Source: the human T2T-CHM13v2.0 reference genome, Homo sapiens. Taken from it: a stretch of DNA of 64,000 bases. The notes under the pieces were generated by a model that did no database searches, was not told the DNA's origin, and saw only the letters and a list, made by a program, of their open reading frames with translations. Position 1 is the first letter of the stretch. Each line of letters begins with the position of its first letter. The stretch lies in assembly GCF_009914755.1 (NCBI RefSeq), contig NC_060946.1; one strand, written 5' to 3'. Positions 18,009 to 32,928 of the stretch are shown in pieces. A program made the position numbers and the translations under genes.

Positions 18009-20167
18009 TTATATATGGTATATAGTATATGTTATGGAATATGCTTTATATGTAATATATAACCTCATATATATTATATGTCATAATACATAATATTTAT
18101 CCTATGTCATCTTATATATATTATGTATATTACATAACGTATATAATATATAATACATATTATGCATCTTATATATGAAAATATATAATTATAGATAACA
18201 TAACATATAGTTATATATAATATGATATATAACATATATACTATATCATATGTAATATATAATATATATATTTTTATTACATATTATAATTTATATTTAT
18301 TATAATTTATATAATGATATAATTATTTATGTAATGTAAATAATTATATATAATTATATAATGAGGTATAATATAAATAATAATATATATGATTACATAT
18401 TTATATAGTTATATATATAAAAATATAATTATATATATAATTATATATATCAAAATATAATTATATATATAATTATATATATCATATAATAGACAACATA
18501 CATATTATATAATGTATAATATACATTATACAACATATGATACATATATGATATTTAATATATCATAATGGAATATATATTTTAATATTATGTATGTAAC
18601 ATATATTATGTGATATATAATATATATTATGTAATATAAAATAATATAATACATATTATATTATGATATATTATATAAAGTATGTAATAAAATTATATAT
18701 AACATAATGTATAGTTATGTATAATATAACATATAATTATATACATTATATTATATATGTACATATAATATTATACAGTTATATATAATTTTAAATAGTT
18801 ATCTGTAATATAATATAAAACATATTTAGTATATAACATAAAATATATATTGTATACCATATATAATATGTATCATATATTGTGTGTTATATGTCATATA
18901 TTGTATGTCATATATCATATATTATATGTTATATATATCACATTCCACATATTGTATTTTATAAATTATATATAATATATGACATACACTACATTATATT
19001 TGATAAATTATACATTATATGTAACATAGAATATATTATATGTAACATGTATATTCTATGGAAAATATATAATATATAACATATATTACATATAATTAAT
19101 AACATAGACATATAATATATATTTAATATATGTATTATACATACAACATATTATATATATGATATATAATATATATTACATAAAAGTCACAAAATATAAT
19201 ATATATTATATGTCATATTTTACATATACACTTATATATTATTACATGTTATTTTATCTTATATATAACATAGAAACAATATATATTATATATAATGTAT
19301 ATTATATGTAACATAGATATAATAGATATAATATATGTAATGTATATTATATATTTAATACGTATATTAACCATATAATATATTCTATATATGAAATATA
19401 ATATATCTTATATATGTCATAAAATATAACGTATATTATGTGTCATATTGTATAAATATAATGCTTATCTATTATCAATTATTATATGACATATAATATA
19501 TATAATATAAGACGCAGGATGTAAAACAATATTATATATATGTTATATGTGTTATATATACGATACTATATATTATTATATACATAATGTATATATATAT
19601 TTGTGGGTGCCCTATTCCCCATCTGATAACTTGTTGTAAGAAGCGCAGCGTAATGGTGTGTGGGCTTGGGATTCTGTTTTTGAAACAAAACACTGAGCCT
19701 TCAATGACCTTTCGGTCTCTGTAAAAGCACTCCTGTCTTCCTGGCAGCTGTTGGACCTCACAATGTGGATTGTGCCCTCACCCTGCAATGTTGATGCCCT
19801 GTCGCCATGGTGACGGGATTAGGGATCTCCTGCTCTTGGTCCTAAGGGCCACTGTCTGTGCTGTGTTTTCCAAAGGTCAGAACAGATTGAACCTTTGTGG
19901 TTTCATTTTCCCTGAGTTTGATTTTTCTCATGGGGAACCTGTGTTGCTGCTTTGAACGTATATTCATAGTGGCCTTTCAAATGCCAACTCTTCATATTAC
20001 TAGTTAATGCTTTCAAAATATGCCATTTAAAAAATTATCCTCTGTATTGTCCATATGCAGTTATAAATACGTTTCATGGTTATGTTTTATTCCTCAGTTT
20101 ACATATTTGATTATTGTACCAAGCAGAGTACCTTTGAAATGTTTTTCCAGTTAAAAAATATGAATCT

Positions 20168-20459
20168 TGGCTCAGGCCTGTAACCCCAGCAAATTTGGAG
20201 GCCAAGGCAAGGGGATCACAAGGTGAAGAGATCAAGACCATCCTGGCCAATACAGTGAAACGCTGTCACTACTAAAAATCCAAAAAATTAGCTAGGCATG
20301 GTGGCAGCTGGTGTAGTCCCAGTGTGGTGTAGTCCCAGCTACCTGGGAGGCTGATGGAGGACGATCGCTTGAACCCGTGAGGCAGATGTTGCAGTGAGCA
20401 AAGAAGGCGCCATTGTACTTCACCCTGTGCAACAGGACAAGACTCTGTCTGAAAAAAAA
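20168..20459 (+). mobile_element. Alu SINE copy, unit 9
   Basis: Same Alu with private changes (CTGATGGAGG, AAGAAGGCGC). Confidence 0.95.
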
Positions 20460-22584
20460 TTATATATGGTATATACTATATGTTATGGAATATGCTTTAT
20501 ATGTAATATATAACCTCATATATATTATATGTCATAATACATAATATTTATCCTATGTCATCTTATACATATTATGTATATTACATAACGTATATAATAT
20601 ATAATACATATTATGCATCTTATATATGAAAATATATAATTACAGATAACATAACATATAGTTATATATAATAGGATATATAACATATATACTATATCAT
20701 ATGTGATATATAATATATATATTTTTATTACAGATTATAATTTATATGTATTATAATTTATATAATGATATAATTATTTATGTAATATAAATAATTATAT
20801 ATAATTATATAATGAGGTATAATATAAATAATAATATATATGATTACATATTTATATAGCTATATGTATAAAAATATAATTATATATATAATTATATATA
20901 TCATATAATAGACAACATACATATTATATAATGTATAATATACATTATACAATATATGATACATATATGATATTTAATATATCATAATAGAATATATATT
21001 TTAATATTATGTATGTAACATATATTATGTGATATATAATATATATTATGTAATATAAAATAATATAATACATATTATATTATGATATATTATATAAAGT
21101 ATGTAATAAAATTATATATAACATAATTTATAGTTATGTATAATATAACATATAATTATATGCATTATATTATATAAGTACATGTATCATTATACAGTTA
21201 TATATAATTTTAAATAGTTATCTGTAATATAATATAAAACATATATAATATATAACATAAAATATATATTGTATACCATATATAATATGTATCATATATT
21301 GTGTGTTATATGTCATATATTATATGTCATATATCATATATAATATGTTTATATATCACATTCCACATATTGTATATTATAAATTATATATAATATATGA
21401 CATACACTACATTATATTTGATAAATTATACATTATATGTAACATAGAATATATTATATGTAACATGTATATTCTATGGAAAATATATAATATATAACAT
21501 ATATTACATATAATTAATTACATAGACATATAATATATATTTAATATATGTATTATACATACAACATATCATATATATAATATATAATATATATTACATA
21601 AATGTCATAAAATATAATATATATTATATGTCATATTTTACATATACAGTTGTATATTATTATATGTTGTTTTATCTTATATATAACATAGAAACAATAT
21701 ATATTATATATAATGTATATTATCTATAACAGAGATATAAGAGATATAATATATGTAATGTATATTATATATTTAATACGTATATTAACCATATAATATA
21801 TTCTATATATGAAATATAATATATCTTATATATGTCATAACATATAACATATATTATGTGTCATATTGTATAAATATAATGCTTATCTATTATCAATTAT
21901 TATATGACATATAATATATATAATATAAGACGCAGGATGTAAAACAATATTATATATATGTTATATGTATTATATATACGATACTATATATTATTATATA
22001 CATAATGTATATATATATTTCTGGGTGCCCTATTCCCCATCTGATAACTTGTTGTAAGAAGCGCAGCGTAATGGTGTGTGGGCTTGGGATTCTGTTTTTG
22101 AAACAAAACACTGAGCCTTCAATGACCTTTCGGTCTCTGTAAAAGCACTCCTGTCTTCCTGGCAGCTGTTGGACCTCACAATGTGGATTGTGCCCTCACC
22201 CTGCAATGTTGATGCCCTGTCGCCATGGTGACGGGATTAGGGATCTCCTGCTGGTGGTCCTAAGGGCCACTGTCTGTGCTGTGTTTTCCAAAGGCCAGAA
22301 GAGATTGAACCTTTGTGGTTTTATTTTCCCTAAGTTTGATTTTTCTCATGGGGAACCTGTGTTGCTGCTTTGAAGGTAAATTCATACTGGCCTTTCAAAT
22401 GCCAACTCTTCAAATTACTAGTTAATGCTTTCAAAATATGTTACTTAAAAAATTATCCTCTGTTTTTTCCATATGCATTTATAAATATGTTTCTTGGTTA
22501 TGTTTTATTCCTCAGTTTCTATATTTGATTATTGTACCAAGCAGAGTAACTTGAAATTTTTTTTCATTTAAAAAGTATGAATCT

Positions 22585-22876
<292 letters not shown>

Positions 22877-24997
22877 TTATATATGATATATACTATATGT
22901 TATGGAATATGCTTTACATGTAATATATAACCTCATATATATTATATGTCATAATACATAATATTTATCCTATGTCATCTTATATATATTATGTATATTA
23001 CATAACGTATATAATATATAATGCATATTATACAACTTATATATGAAAATATATAATTATAGATAACATAACATATAGTTATATATAATATGATATATAA
23101 CATATATACTATATCATATGTGATATATAATATATATATTTTTATTAGATATTATTATTTGTATATATTATAATTTATATTATGATATAATTATTTATGT
23201 AATATAAATAATTATATATAATTATATAAAAATGTAAAATATAAATAATAATATATATGATTACATATTTATATAGTTATATGAATAAAAATATAATTAT
23301 GTATATAATTATATATATCATATAATAGACAACATACATATTATATAATATATAATATATATTATACAATAGATGATACATAACATATAATATATTTAAT
23401 ATAAAATAATATAATATATATTTTAATATGTATGTAGCATATATTATGTGATATATATTATATATTATGTAATATAAAATAATATAATATAATATATATT
23501 ATATTATGATATATTATATAAACAATGTAATAAAATTATATATAATATAATATATATTTACGTATAATATATTATATAGTTATATATTATACTATATATT
23601 TACTTATAATATTATACTGTTATATAAAATTTTAAATAGTTATATATATTATAATATAAAACGTATATAATATATATCATAAAATATATATTGTATACCA
23701 TATATATTATGTATCATATATTTTGTGTTATATATCATATATTGCATATCATATATCATATATATTATATATATCACATTCCACATATTTTATATTATAA
23801 ATTATATATAATATATGACATACGTTACATTATATTTGATAAATTATACATTATATGTAACATAGTATATATTATATGTAACATGTATATTCTATGGAAA
23901 TTATATAATATATAACATATATTACATATAATAACATAGACAGATAATATAAATTTAATATATGTATTATACATACAACATATTATATATATAATATATA
24001 ATATATATTACATAAAAGTCATAAAATATAATTTATATTATATGTCATATTTTACATGTAGAGTTATATATTATTATATGTTATTTTATGTTATACATAA
24101 CACAGAAACAATATATATTATATATAATGTATTTTATGTATTACATAGATATAATAGATATAATGTATGTAAAGTATATTATATATTTAATACCTATATT
24201 AAGCATATAATATATTCCATATATGAAATATAATATATCTTATATATGTCATAATATATAACATATATTATGTGTCATATTATATAAATATAATTCTTAT
24301 CTATTATCAATTATTATATTACATATAATATATATAATATAAGACGCAGGATGTAAAACAATATTATATATATGTTTTATGTAGTATACATATGATACTA
24401 TATGTTATTATATACATAATGTATATATATATTTGTGGGTGCCCTATTCCCCATCTCATAACTTGTTTTAAGAAGCGCAGCATAATAATGTGTGGGCTTC
24501 GGATTCTGTTTTGAAACAAAACACTGAGCCCTCAATGAACTTTCGGTCTATGTAAAAGCACTCCTGTCTTCCTGGCAGCTGTTGGACCTCACAATGTGGA
24601 TTGTGCCCTCACCCTGCAATGTTGATGCCCTATCGCCATGGTGACGGCATTAGGGATCTCCTGCTGGTGGTCCTAAGGGCCACTGTCTGTGCTGTGTTTT
24701 CCAAAGGCCAGAAGAGATTGAACCTTTGTGGTTTTATTTTCCCTGAATTTAATTTTTCTCATGGGGAACCTGTGTTGCTGCTTTGAAGGTAAATTCATAC
24801 TGGCCTTTCAAATGCCAACTCTTCAAATTACTAGTTAATGCTTTCAAAATATGTTATTTAAAAAATTATCCTCTGTTTTTTCCATATGCAGTTATAAATA
24901 TGTTTCATGGTTATGTTTTATTCCTCAGTTTCTATATTTGATTATTGTACCAAGCAGAGTAACTTGAAATTTTTTTTCATTTAAAAAGTATGAATCT

Positions 24998-25289
<292 letters not shown>

Positions 25290-27458
25290 TTATATATGAT
25301 ATATACTATATGTTATGGAATATGCTTTACATGTAATATATAACCTCATATATATTATATGTCATAATACATAATATTTATCCTATGTCATCTTATATAT
25401 ATTATGTATATTACATAACGTATATAATATATAATGCATATTATACAACTTATATATGAAAATATATAATTATAGATAACATAACATATAGTTATATATA
25501 ATATGATATATAACATATATACTATATCATACGTGATATATAATATATATATTTTTATTAGATATTATTATTTGTATATATTATAATTTATATTATGATA
25601 TAATTATTTATGTAATATAAATAATTGTATATAATTATATAGTAAGGTATAATATAAATAATAATATATATGATTACATATTTATATAGTTATATGTATA
25701 ATAATATAATTAGATATATAATTATATATATCATATAATAGACAACATACATATTATATAATATGTCATATATATTATACAATATATGATACATAACATA
25801 TAATATATTTAATATAAAATAATATAATATATATTTCAATATGTATGTAAAATATATTATGTGATATATAATATATATTATGTAATATAAAATAATATAA
25901 TATAGTATATATTATATTATGATATATTATATAAAGAATGTAATAAAATTATATATAACATGATATATAGTTAAGTATAATATATTATATAGTTATATAT
26001 TATATTATATATTTACATATAATATTATACTGTTATATATAATTTTAAATAGTTATATATATTATAATATAAAACATATATAATACATATCATAAAATAT
26101 ATATTGTATACCATATATATGTATCATATATTTTATGTTATATATCATATATTGTATATCATATATCATATATTATATGTTATATATATCACATTCCACT
26201 CATTGTATATTTTATATTATATATAATATGAGACGTACATTATATTATATGTAATAAATTATACATTATATGCTACATAGTATATATTATATATAACTTG
26301 TGTATTCTATATAAAATATATAATATATAACATTTATTACATGTAATTAATAACATAAACATATAATATATATTTAATATATGTATTATACATACTACTT
26401 ATTATATATATAATATAAAATATATATTATATATGTCATAAATTATAGTATATATTATATGTCATATTTTACATATAGAATTATATATTATTTTATGTTA
26501 TTTTATATTGTATATAACGTAGATATAATATATATTATATGTACTATATATTACATATACCATAGATATAATATATATAATATATGATGTATAATATATA
26601 TAACATAAATATAATATATATAATATATATAATGTATATTATATATTTAATATGTATATTAACCATATAAGATATTCTATATGTTATATATAATATATAT
26701 TATATATGTCATAATATATAATATGTATTATATGTCATATTGTATAAATATAGTACTTATGTATTATCAATTTTTATATTACATATAATATATATAATAT
26801 AAGATGCAGGATGTAAAACAATATTATATATATGTTATATATATTATATATATGATACTATATATTATTATGTACATAATGTATATGTATATTTGTGGGT
26901 GCCCTATTTCCCATCTCATAACTTGTTTTAAGAAGCGCAGCATAATAATGTGTGGGCTTGGGATTCAGTTTTTGAAACAAAACACTGAGCCTTCAATGAC
27001 CTTTCGGTCTATGTAAAAGCACTCCTGTCTTCCTGGCAGCAGTTTGACCTCAGAATGTGGATTGTGCCCTCACCCTGCCATGTTGATGCCCTATCGCCTT
27101 GCTGAAGGAGTAGGGATCTCCTGCTCTTGGTCCTATTGGCCACTGTCTGTGCTGTGTTTTCCAAAGGTCAGAACAGATTGAACCTTTGTGGTTTTATTTT
27201 CCCTGAGTTTGATTTTTCTCATGGGGAACCTGTGTTGCTGCTTTGAAGGTATATTCATACTGGCCTTTCAAATGCCAACTCTTCAAATTACTAGTTAATG
27301 CTTTCAAAATATGTTATTTAAAAAATTATACTCTGTATTTTCCATATGCAGTTATAAATATGTTTCATGGTTATGTTTTATTCCTCAGTTTATATATTTG
27401 ATTATTGTACCAAGCAGAGTACCTTTGAAATTTTTTTTCATTTAAAAAATATGTATTT

Positions 27459-27749
27459 TGGTTCAGGCCTGTAATCCCAGTAAATTTTGGAGGCCAAGGC
27501 CAGCGGATCACAAGGTGAAGACTTCGAGATCATCCTCGCCAATACAGTGAAACGCTGCCACTACTAAAAATCCAAAAAATTAGCTGGACATCCTGGCAGC
27601 TGGTGTAGTCCCAGTGTGGTGTAGTCCCAGCTACCTGGGAGGCTGAGGGAGGACAATAGCTTGAACCCGTGAGGCAGATATTGCAATGAGCAAAGATGGC
27701 CCCATTGTACTCCACCCTGTGCAACAGGAGAAGACTCTGTCGGATCAAA
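27459..27749 (+). mobile_element. Alu SINE copy, unit 12 (most divergent, A-tail eroded)
   Basis: TGGTTCAGGCCTGTAATCCCAG...CAGCGGATCACAAGG...GACTCTGTCGGATCAAA. It still carries the 16-bp internal duplication. Confidence 0.92.
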
Positions 27750-29700
27750 TATTATATATGATATAAATTATATTTTATGGAATATGCTTTATATGAAATA
27801 TATAACCTCATACATATTATATATCATAATATATAATATATATGTTATGTCATCTTATATATATTATATATATTACATAACGTATATAATATATAATTCA
27901 TATTATACATCTTATATATGAAAATATATAATTATAGATAACATATCATATATTTATATATAGTATGATATATAACATATATACTATATCGTATGTGATA
28001 TATATATTTTTTGTTACATATTTTAATTTATATATATTATAATTTATATAATAATATAATTATTTATATAATATAAATAATTATATATAATTATATAATT
28101 AGGTATAATATAAATAATAATATATATAATTACATATTTATATAGTTATATTTATAATAATATAATTTTATATATAATTATACATATCATATAATAGACA
28201 ACATACATATTATATAATATATAATATATGTTATACAATATATGATGCATAACATATATTATATTTAATATATAATAATATAATATATATTTAATATTAT
28301 GTATGTAACGTATATTATGTGATACCTGATACATATTATGTAATATAAAATAATATAGTATAATATATATTAGATTATGATATATTATGTAAAGTATGTA
28401 ATAAAATTACATATAACATAAAATATAATTATGTATAATATATTATGTAGTTATATATATTATATTATATATTTACATATAATATTATACAATTATATAG
28501 AATTTTAAATAGTTATATATAATATAATATAAAACGTATATAATATATATCATACAATATATATTGTATGCCATAGACGTATCATATATTTTAGATTATA
28601 TATCATATATTGTATATTATATGTCATGTATTATATGTTATATATATCACTTTCCACATATTGTATATTATAAATTACATATAATATATGACATACATTA
28701 TATTATATAAAATAAATTATACATTATATGTAACATAGTATATATTATATATAACATGTATATTCTGTATAAATTATATAAAATATAACATATATTACAT
28801 GTAATTTATAACATAGACATATATATTTAATATGTGTATTATACATACAACTTATATATATAATATATAATATATATTATTTATGTCATAAAATATAATA
28901 TATATTATATGTCATATTTTACATATACAATTATATATTATTTTATGATATTTTATATTACATATAACATAGATATAATATATATAATATATAATGTATA
29001 TTATATATAACATAGATATAATATATATTATATATAATGTATATTATATATAACTTAGATATAATATATATATTATATGTAATGTATATTATATAGTTAA
29101 TATACATATGAACCACATCATATATTCTATATATGATATACAATAAATATTATATATGTCATAAATTATAATATATATTATATGTCATATTGCATAAATA
29201 TAATACTTATCTATTATCAATTATTATATTACATATAACATATATAATATAAGATGCAGGATGTAAAACAATATTATATATATGTTATATATATTATATA
29301 TATGATACTATATTTTATTATATTCAAAATATATATATATATTTGTGGGTGCCCTATTTCCCATCTCATAACTTGTCTTAAGAAGCGCAGCATAATAATG
29401 TGTGGGCTTGGGATTCAGTTTTTGAAACAATACACTGAGCCTTCAATGACTTTTCGGTCTATGTAAAAGCACTCCTGTCTTCCTGGCAGCAGTTGGACCT
29501 CACAATGTGGATTGTGCCCTCACCCTGCAATGTTGATGCGCTATGGCCATGGTGACGGGATTAGGGATCTCCTGCTCTTGGTCCTAAGGGCCATTGTCTG
29601 TGCTGTGTTTTTCAAAGGTCAGAACTGATTGAACCTTTGTGGTTTTATTTTCCCTGAGTTTGATTTTTCTCATGTGAAACCTGTGTTGCTGCATTTAAGG

Positions 29701-32700
29701 TTTATGTACAGTTTATAATATATAGTTTGGGTACATTCATATTTTATGTCCAGTATATAATATATATTTTGGGTAATTTGATATTTTATGTACAGTATAT
29801 AATATAAAGTTTCGGTAGTTTGATATTTGATGTGCAGTATATAATATATATTTTGAGTAATTTCATATTTTATATACAGTATAAAATATATACTTTGTTT
29901 ACTTTGATATATTATGTACAGTATATAATATATACTTTGTATGCTTTGATATTTTTTGTACAGTTTACAATATATACTTTATGTACATTGATGTTTTATC
30001 TAGAGTACATAATATATACTTCGGGTAATTTGATATTTTATGTACATTATATAATATATACTTTGCGTACTTTGATATTTTATGTAAAGTATTGAAATAT
30101 ATTTGGTGTAGTTTGATATTTTATGTACAGTACAGAATATATATTTTGTGTACTTTTATATTTTTTGTACAGTATAGAATATATAGTTAGTGTAGTTTGA
30201 TATTTTATGTACAGTACATAATATATCTTGGGTCCTTTGTTGTTTTATGTACAGTACATAATATATATATTGGGTAATTTCATATCTTACGTACAGTATA
30301 CTATATATATTTTTGGTACTTTTATGTTTTACGTATAGTATATAATATATAGTTTGGGTAGTTTGATATTTTATGTACAGTATATAATATATAGTGTGGA
30401 TACTTTGATATTTTATATAAACTATATAATATATAGTTTGGGTACATTCATATTTTATGTACAGTATATAATATATATTGTGGGTACTTTGATATGTTAT
30501 GTACAGTATATAATATATAGTTTGTGTACTTTGATATTTTATGTACAGTATATAAAATATAGTTAGGGTACTTTGCTATTTTATGTACAGTATATAAAAT
30601 ATAGTATGTATACTTTGATATTTTATGTACAGTGTATAATATACAGTTTTTATACCTTGATATTTTATGTACTGTATTTAATATATATTTTGGTTACTTT
30701 GAAATTTTATGTACAGTATATAATATATATTTTGGGAACTTTGATATTTTATGTATAGTATATAATATATATTTTGTGTACTTTGATATTTTATATACAG
30801 TATATAATATATAGTTTGGGTACATTGATATCTTTTGTACAGTGTATAATATATACTTTGTGTACTTTGATATTTTATGTACAGTATATAAAATATAGTT
30901 TGGGTACATTGATATTTTATGGACAGTATGTAATATATATTTTGGGTACTTTGATATTTTATGTACAGTATATAATATATATTTGCTGTACTTTGATATA
31001 TTATGTACAGTATATAATATATATTTGGTGTACTTTCATATTTTATGTACAGTATATAATATCTATTTTGGTTACTTTGATATTTTATGTACAGTATATA
31101 ATATTTATTTGGGTACTTTGATATTTTATATACAGTACATAATATATAATTTGAGTAGTGTGATATTTTATGTACAGGATATCATACATATTTTGGTTAC
31201 TTTGATGTTTTTTGTAAAGTATATAATATATATTTTGGATACTTTGATATCTTATGTACAGTATATAATATATATTTTGGGTAATTTGATATTTTATGTA
31301 TAGTATATAATATATATTTTGGGTCCTTTGATATTTTATGTACAGTTCATAATATATATTTTGGGTACTATGATATTTCATATACAGTATACAATATATA
31401 GTGTTGGTACTTTGATATTTTATGTACAGTATATAATATATAGTTTGGGTAATTTGATATTTTATGTACCGTGTATAATATATAGTTTGGGTACTTTCAT
31501 ATTTTATGTACATTATATAATATATATTTGGTGTACTTTGATGTTTTATCTACAGTATATAATATAAAGTTTGGGTACTTTGATACTTTATGTACAGTAT
31601 ATAATATAAAATTTGGGTATTTTCATATTTTATGTACAGTATATAATATATACTTTGGGTAATTTGATAGTTTATATACAGTATAAAATATATATTTTGT
31701 GTACTTTGATATATTATGTACAGTATATAATATATACTTTGTGTGCTTTGATTTTTTTGTACAGTATATAATATAAAGTTTGTGTACATTGATATTTTAT
31801 GTAGAGTACAGAATATATACTTCGGATACTTTGATATTTTATGTACGTTATATAATATATACTTTGTGTACTTTGATATTTTATGTACAGTATAGAGTAT
31901 ATATTTGTTGTACTTCGATATTTTTTGTACAGTATAGATTATATATTTGATGTACTTTGATATTTTATGTAGAGTATGGAATATATATTTGGTGTACTTT
32001 GATATTTTATGAACAGTATATAATATAATGTTTGGGTACTTTGATATATTATGTACAGTATATAATATATCGTATGGGTAATTTGATATTTTATGTACAG
32101 GATAGAATATATATTTGGTGTTCTTTGATATTTTATGGACAGTGTAGAATATATGTTTCATGTACTTTGAAAATTGATATACAGTATAGAATATATATTT
32201 GGTGTACTTTGATATTTTATCTAAACTATAGAATATATATTTAATGTACTTTGATAATTGATGTACAGTATAGAATATATATTTGATGTACTTTAATATT
32301 TTATATAGAGTATGGAATATATATTTGGTGTACTTTGATATTTTATGTACAGTTTATAATATATCGTTTGTGTAATTTGATACTTTATGTACAGTATATA
32401 ATATATAGTTTGTGTAATTTGATATTGTACGTACAGTATATAATATATAGTTTGGGTACTTTGATATTTTATGTACAGTATATAATATATAGTTTGGTTA
32501 CTTTGATATTTTCTGTACAGTATATAATATATATTTTGGGTACTTTGATATTTTATGTACACTATAGAATATATATTTTTTGTATTTGATATTTTATGTA
32601 CAGTATACAATATATATTTTTTGTACTTTGATATTTTATGTACAGTATATAATATATAATTTGGGTTCTTTTATATTTTATGTACATTATATAATACATA

Positions 32701-32928
32701 TTTTGTGTAATTTGATATTTTATGTACAATATACAATATATAGTTTGTGTACTTTGTTATTTTATAGTCAGTATATAATATATACTTTTAGTACTTTGAT
32801 ATTTTATGTACTGTATATAATATATAGTTTGGATACTTTTATATTTTATGTACAGTATATAATATATGTTTGGGTACTTTGATATTTTATGAACAGTATA
32901 TAATATATATTAGGGTACTTTGATATTT
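29701..32928. repeat. HSat1A (classical satellite I / SAR) 42-bp tandem repeat, ~77 monomers
   Basis: The monomer read from the sequence is TTGATATTTTATGTACAGTATATAATATATAGTTTGGGTACT (42 bp). Its two GTAC (RsaI) sites are 25 and 17 bp apart, matching the established 17+25 bp A/B structure of human satellite I. The ORF track shows the resulting 14-aa period (TLIFYVQYIIYSLG). Confidence 0.93.

Noticed and set aside
29820-32882. ORFs up to 203 aa with a 14-aa repeat (TLIFYVQYIIYSLG / LYTVHKISKYTKYI), resembling a repeat or membrane protein
   Set aside because: A 42-bp monomer is 14 codons, so stop-free frames persist on both strands. Frames shift and stop randomly, with no sign of coding constraint.
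29701-32928. CRISPR-like appearance of the 42-bp repeat
   Set aside because: The monomers are contiguous and degenerate with no unique spacers, there are no cas genes, and the context is a primate genome with Alus.
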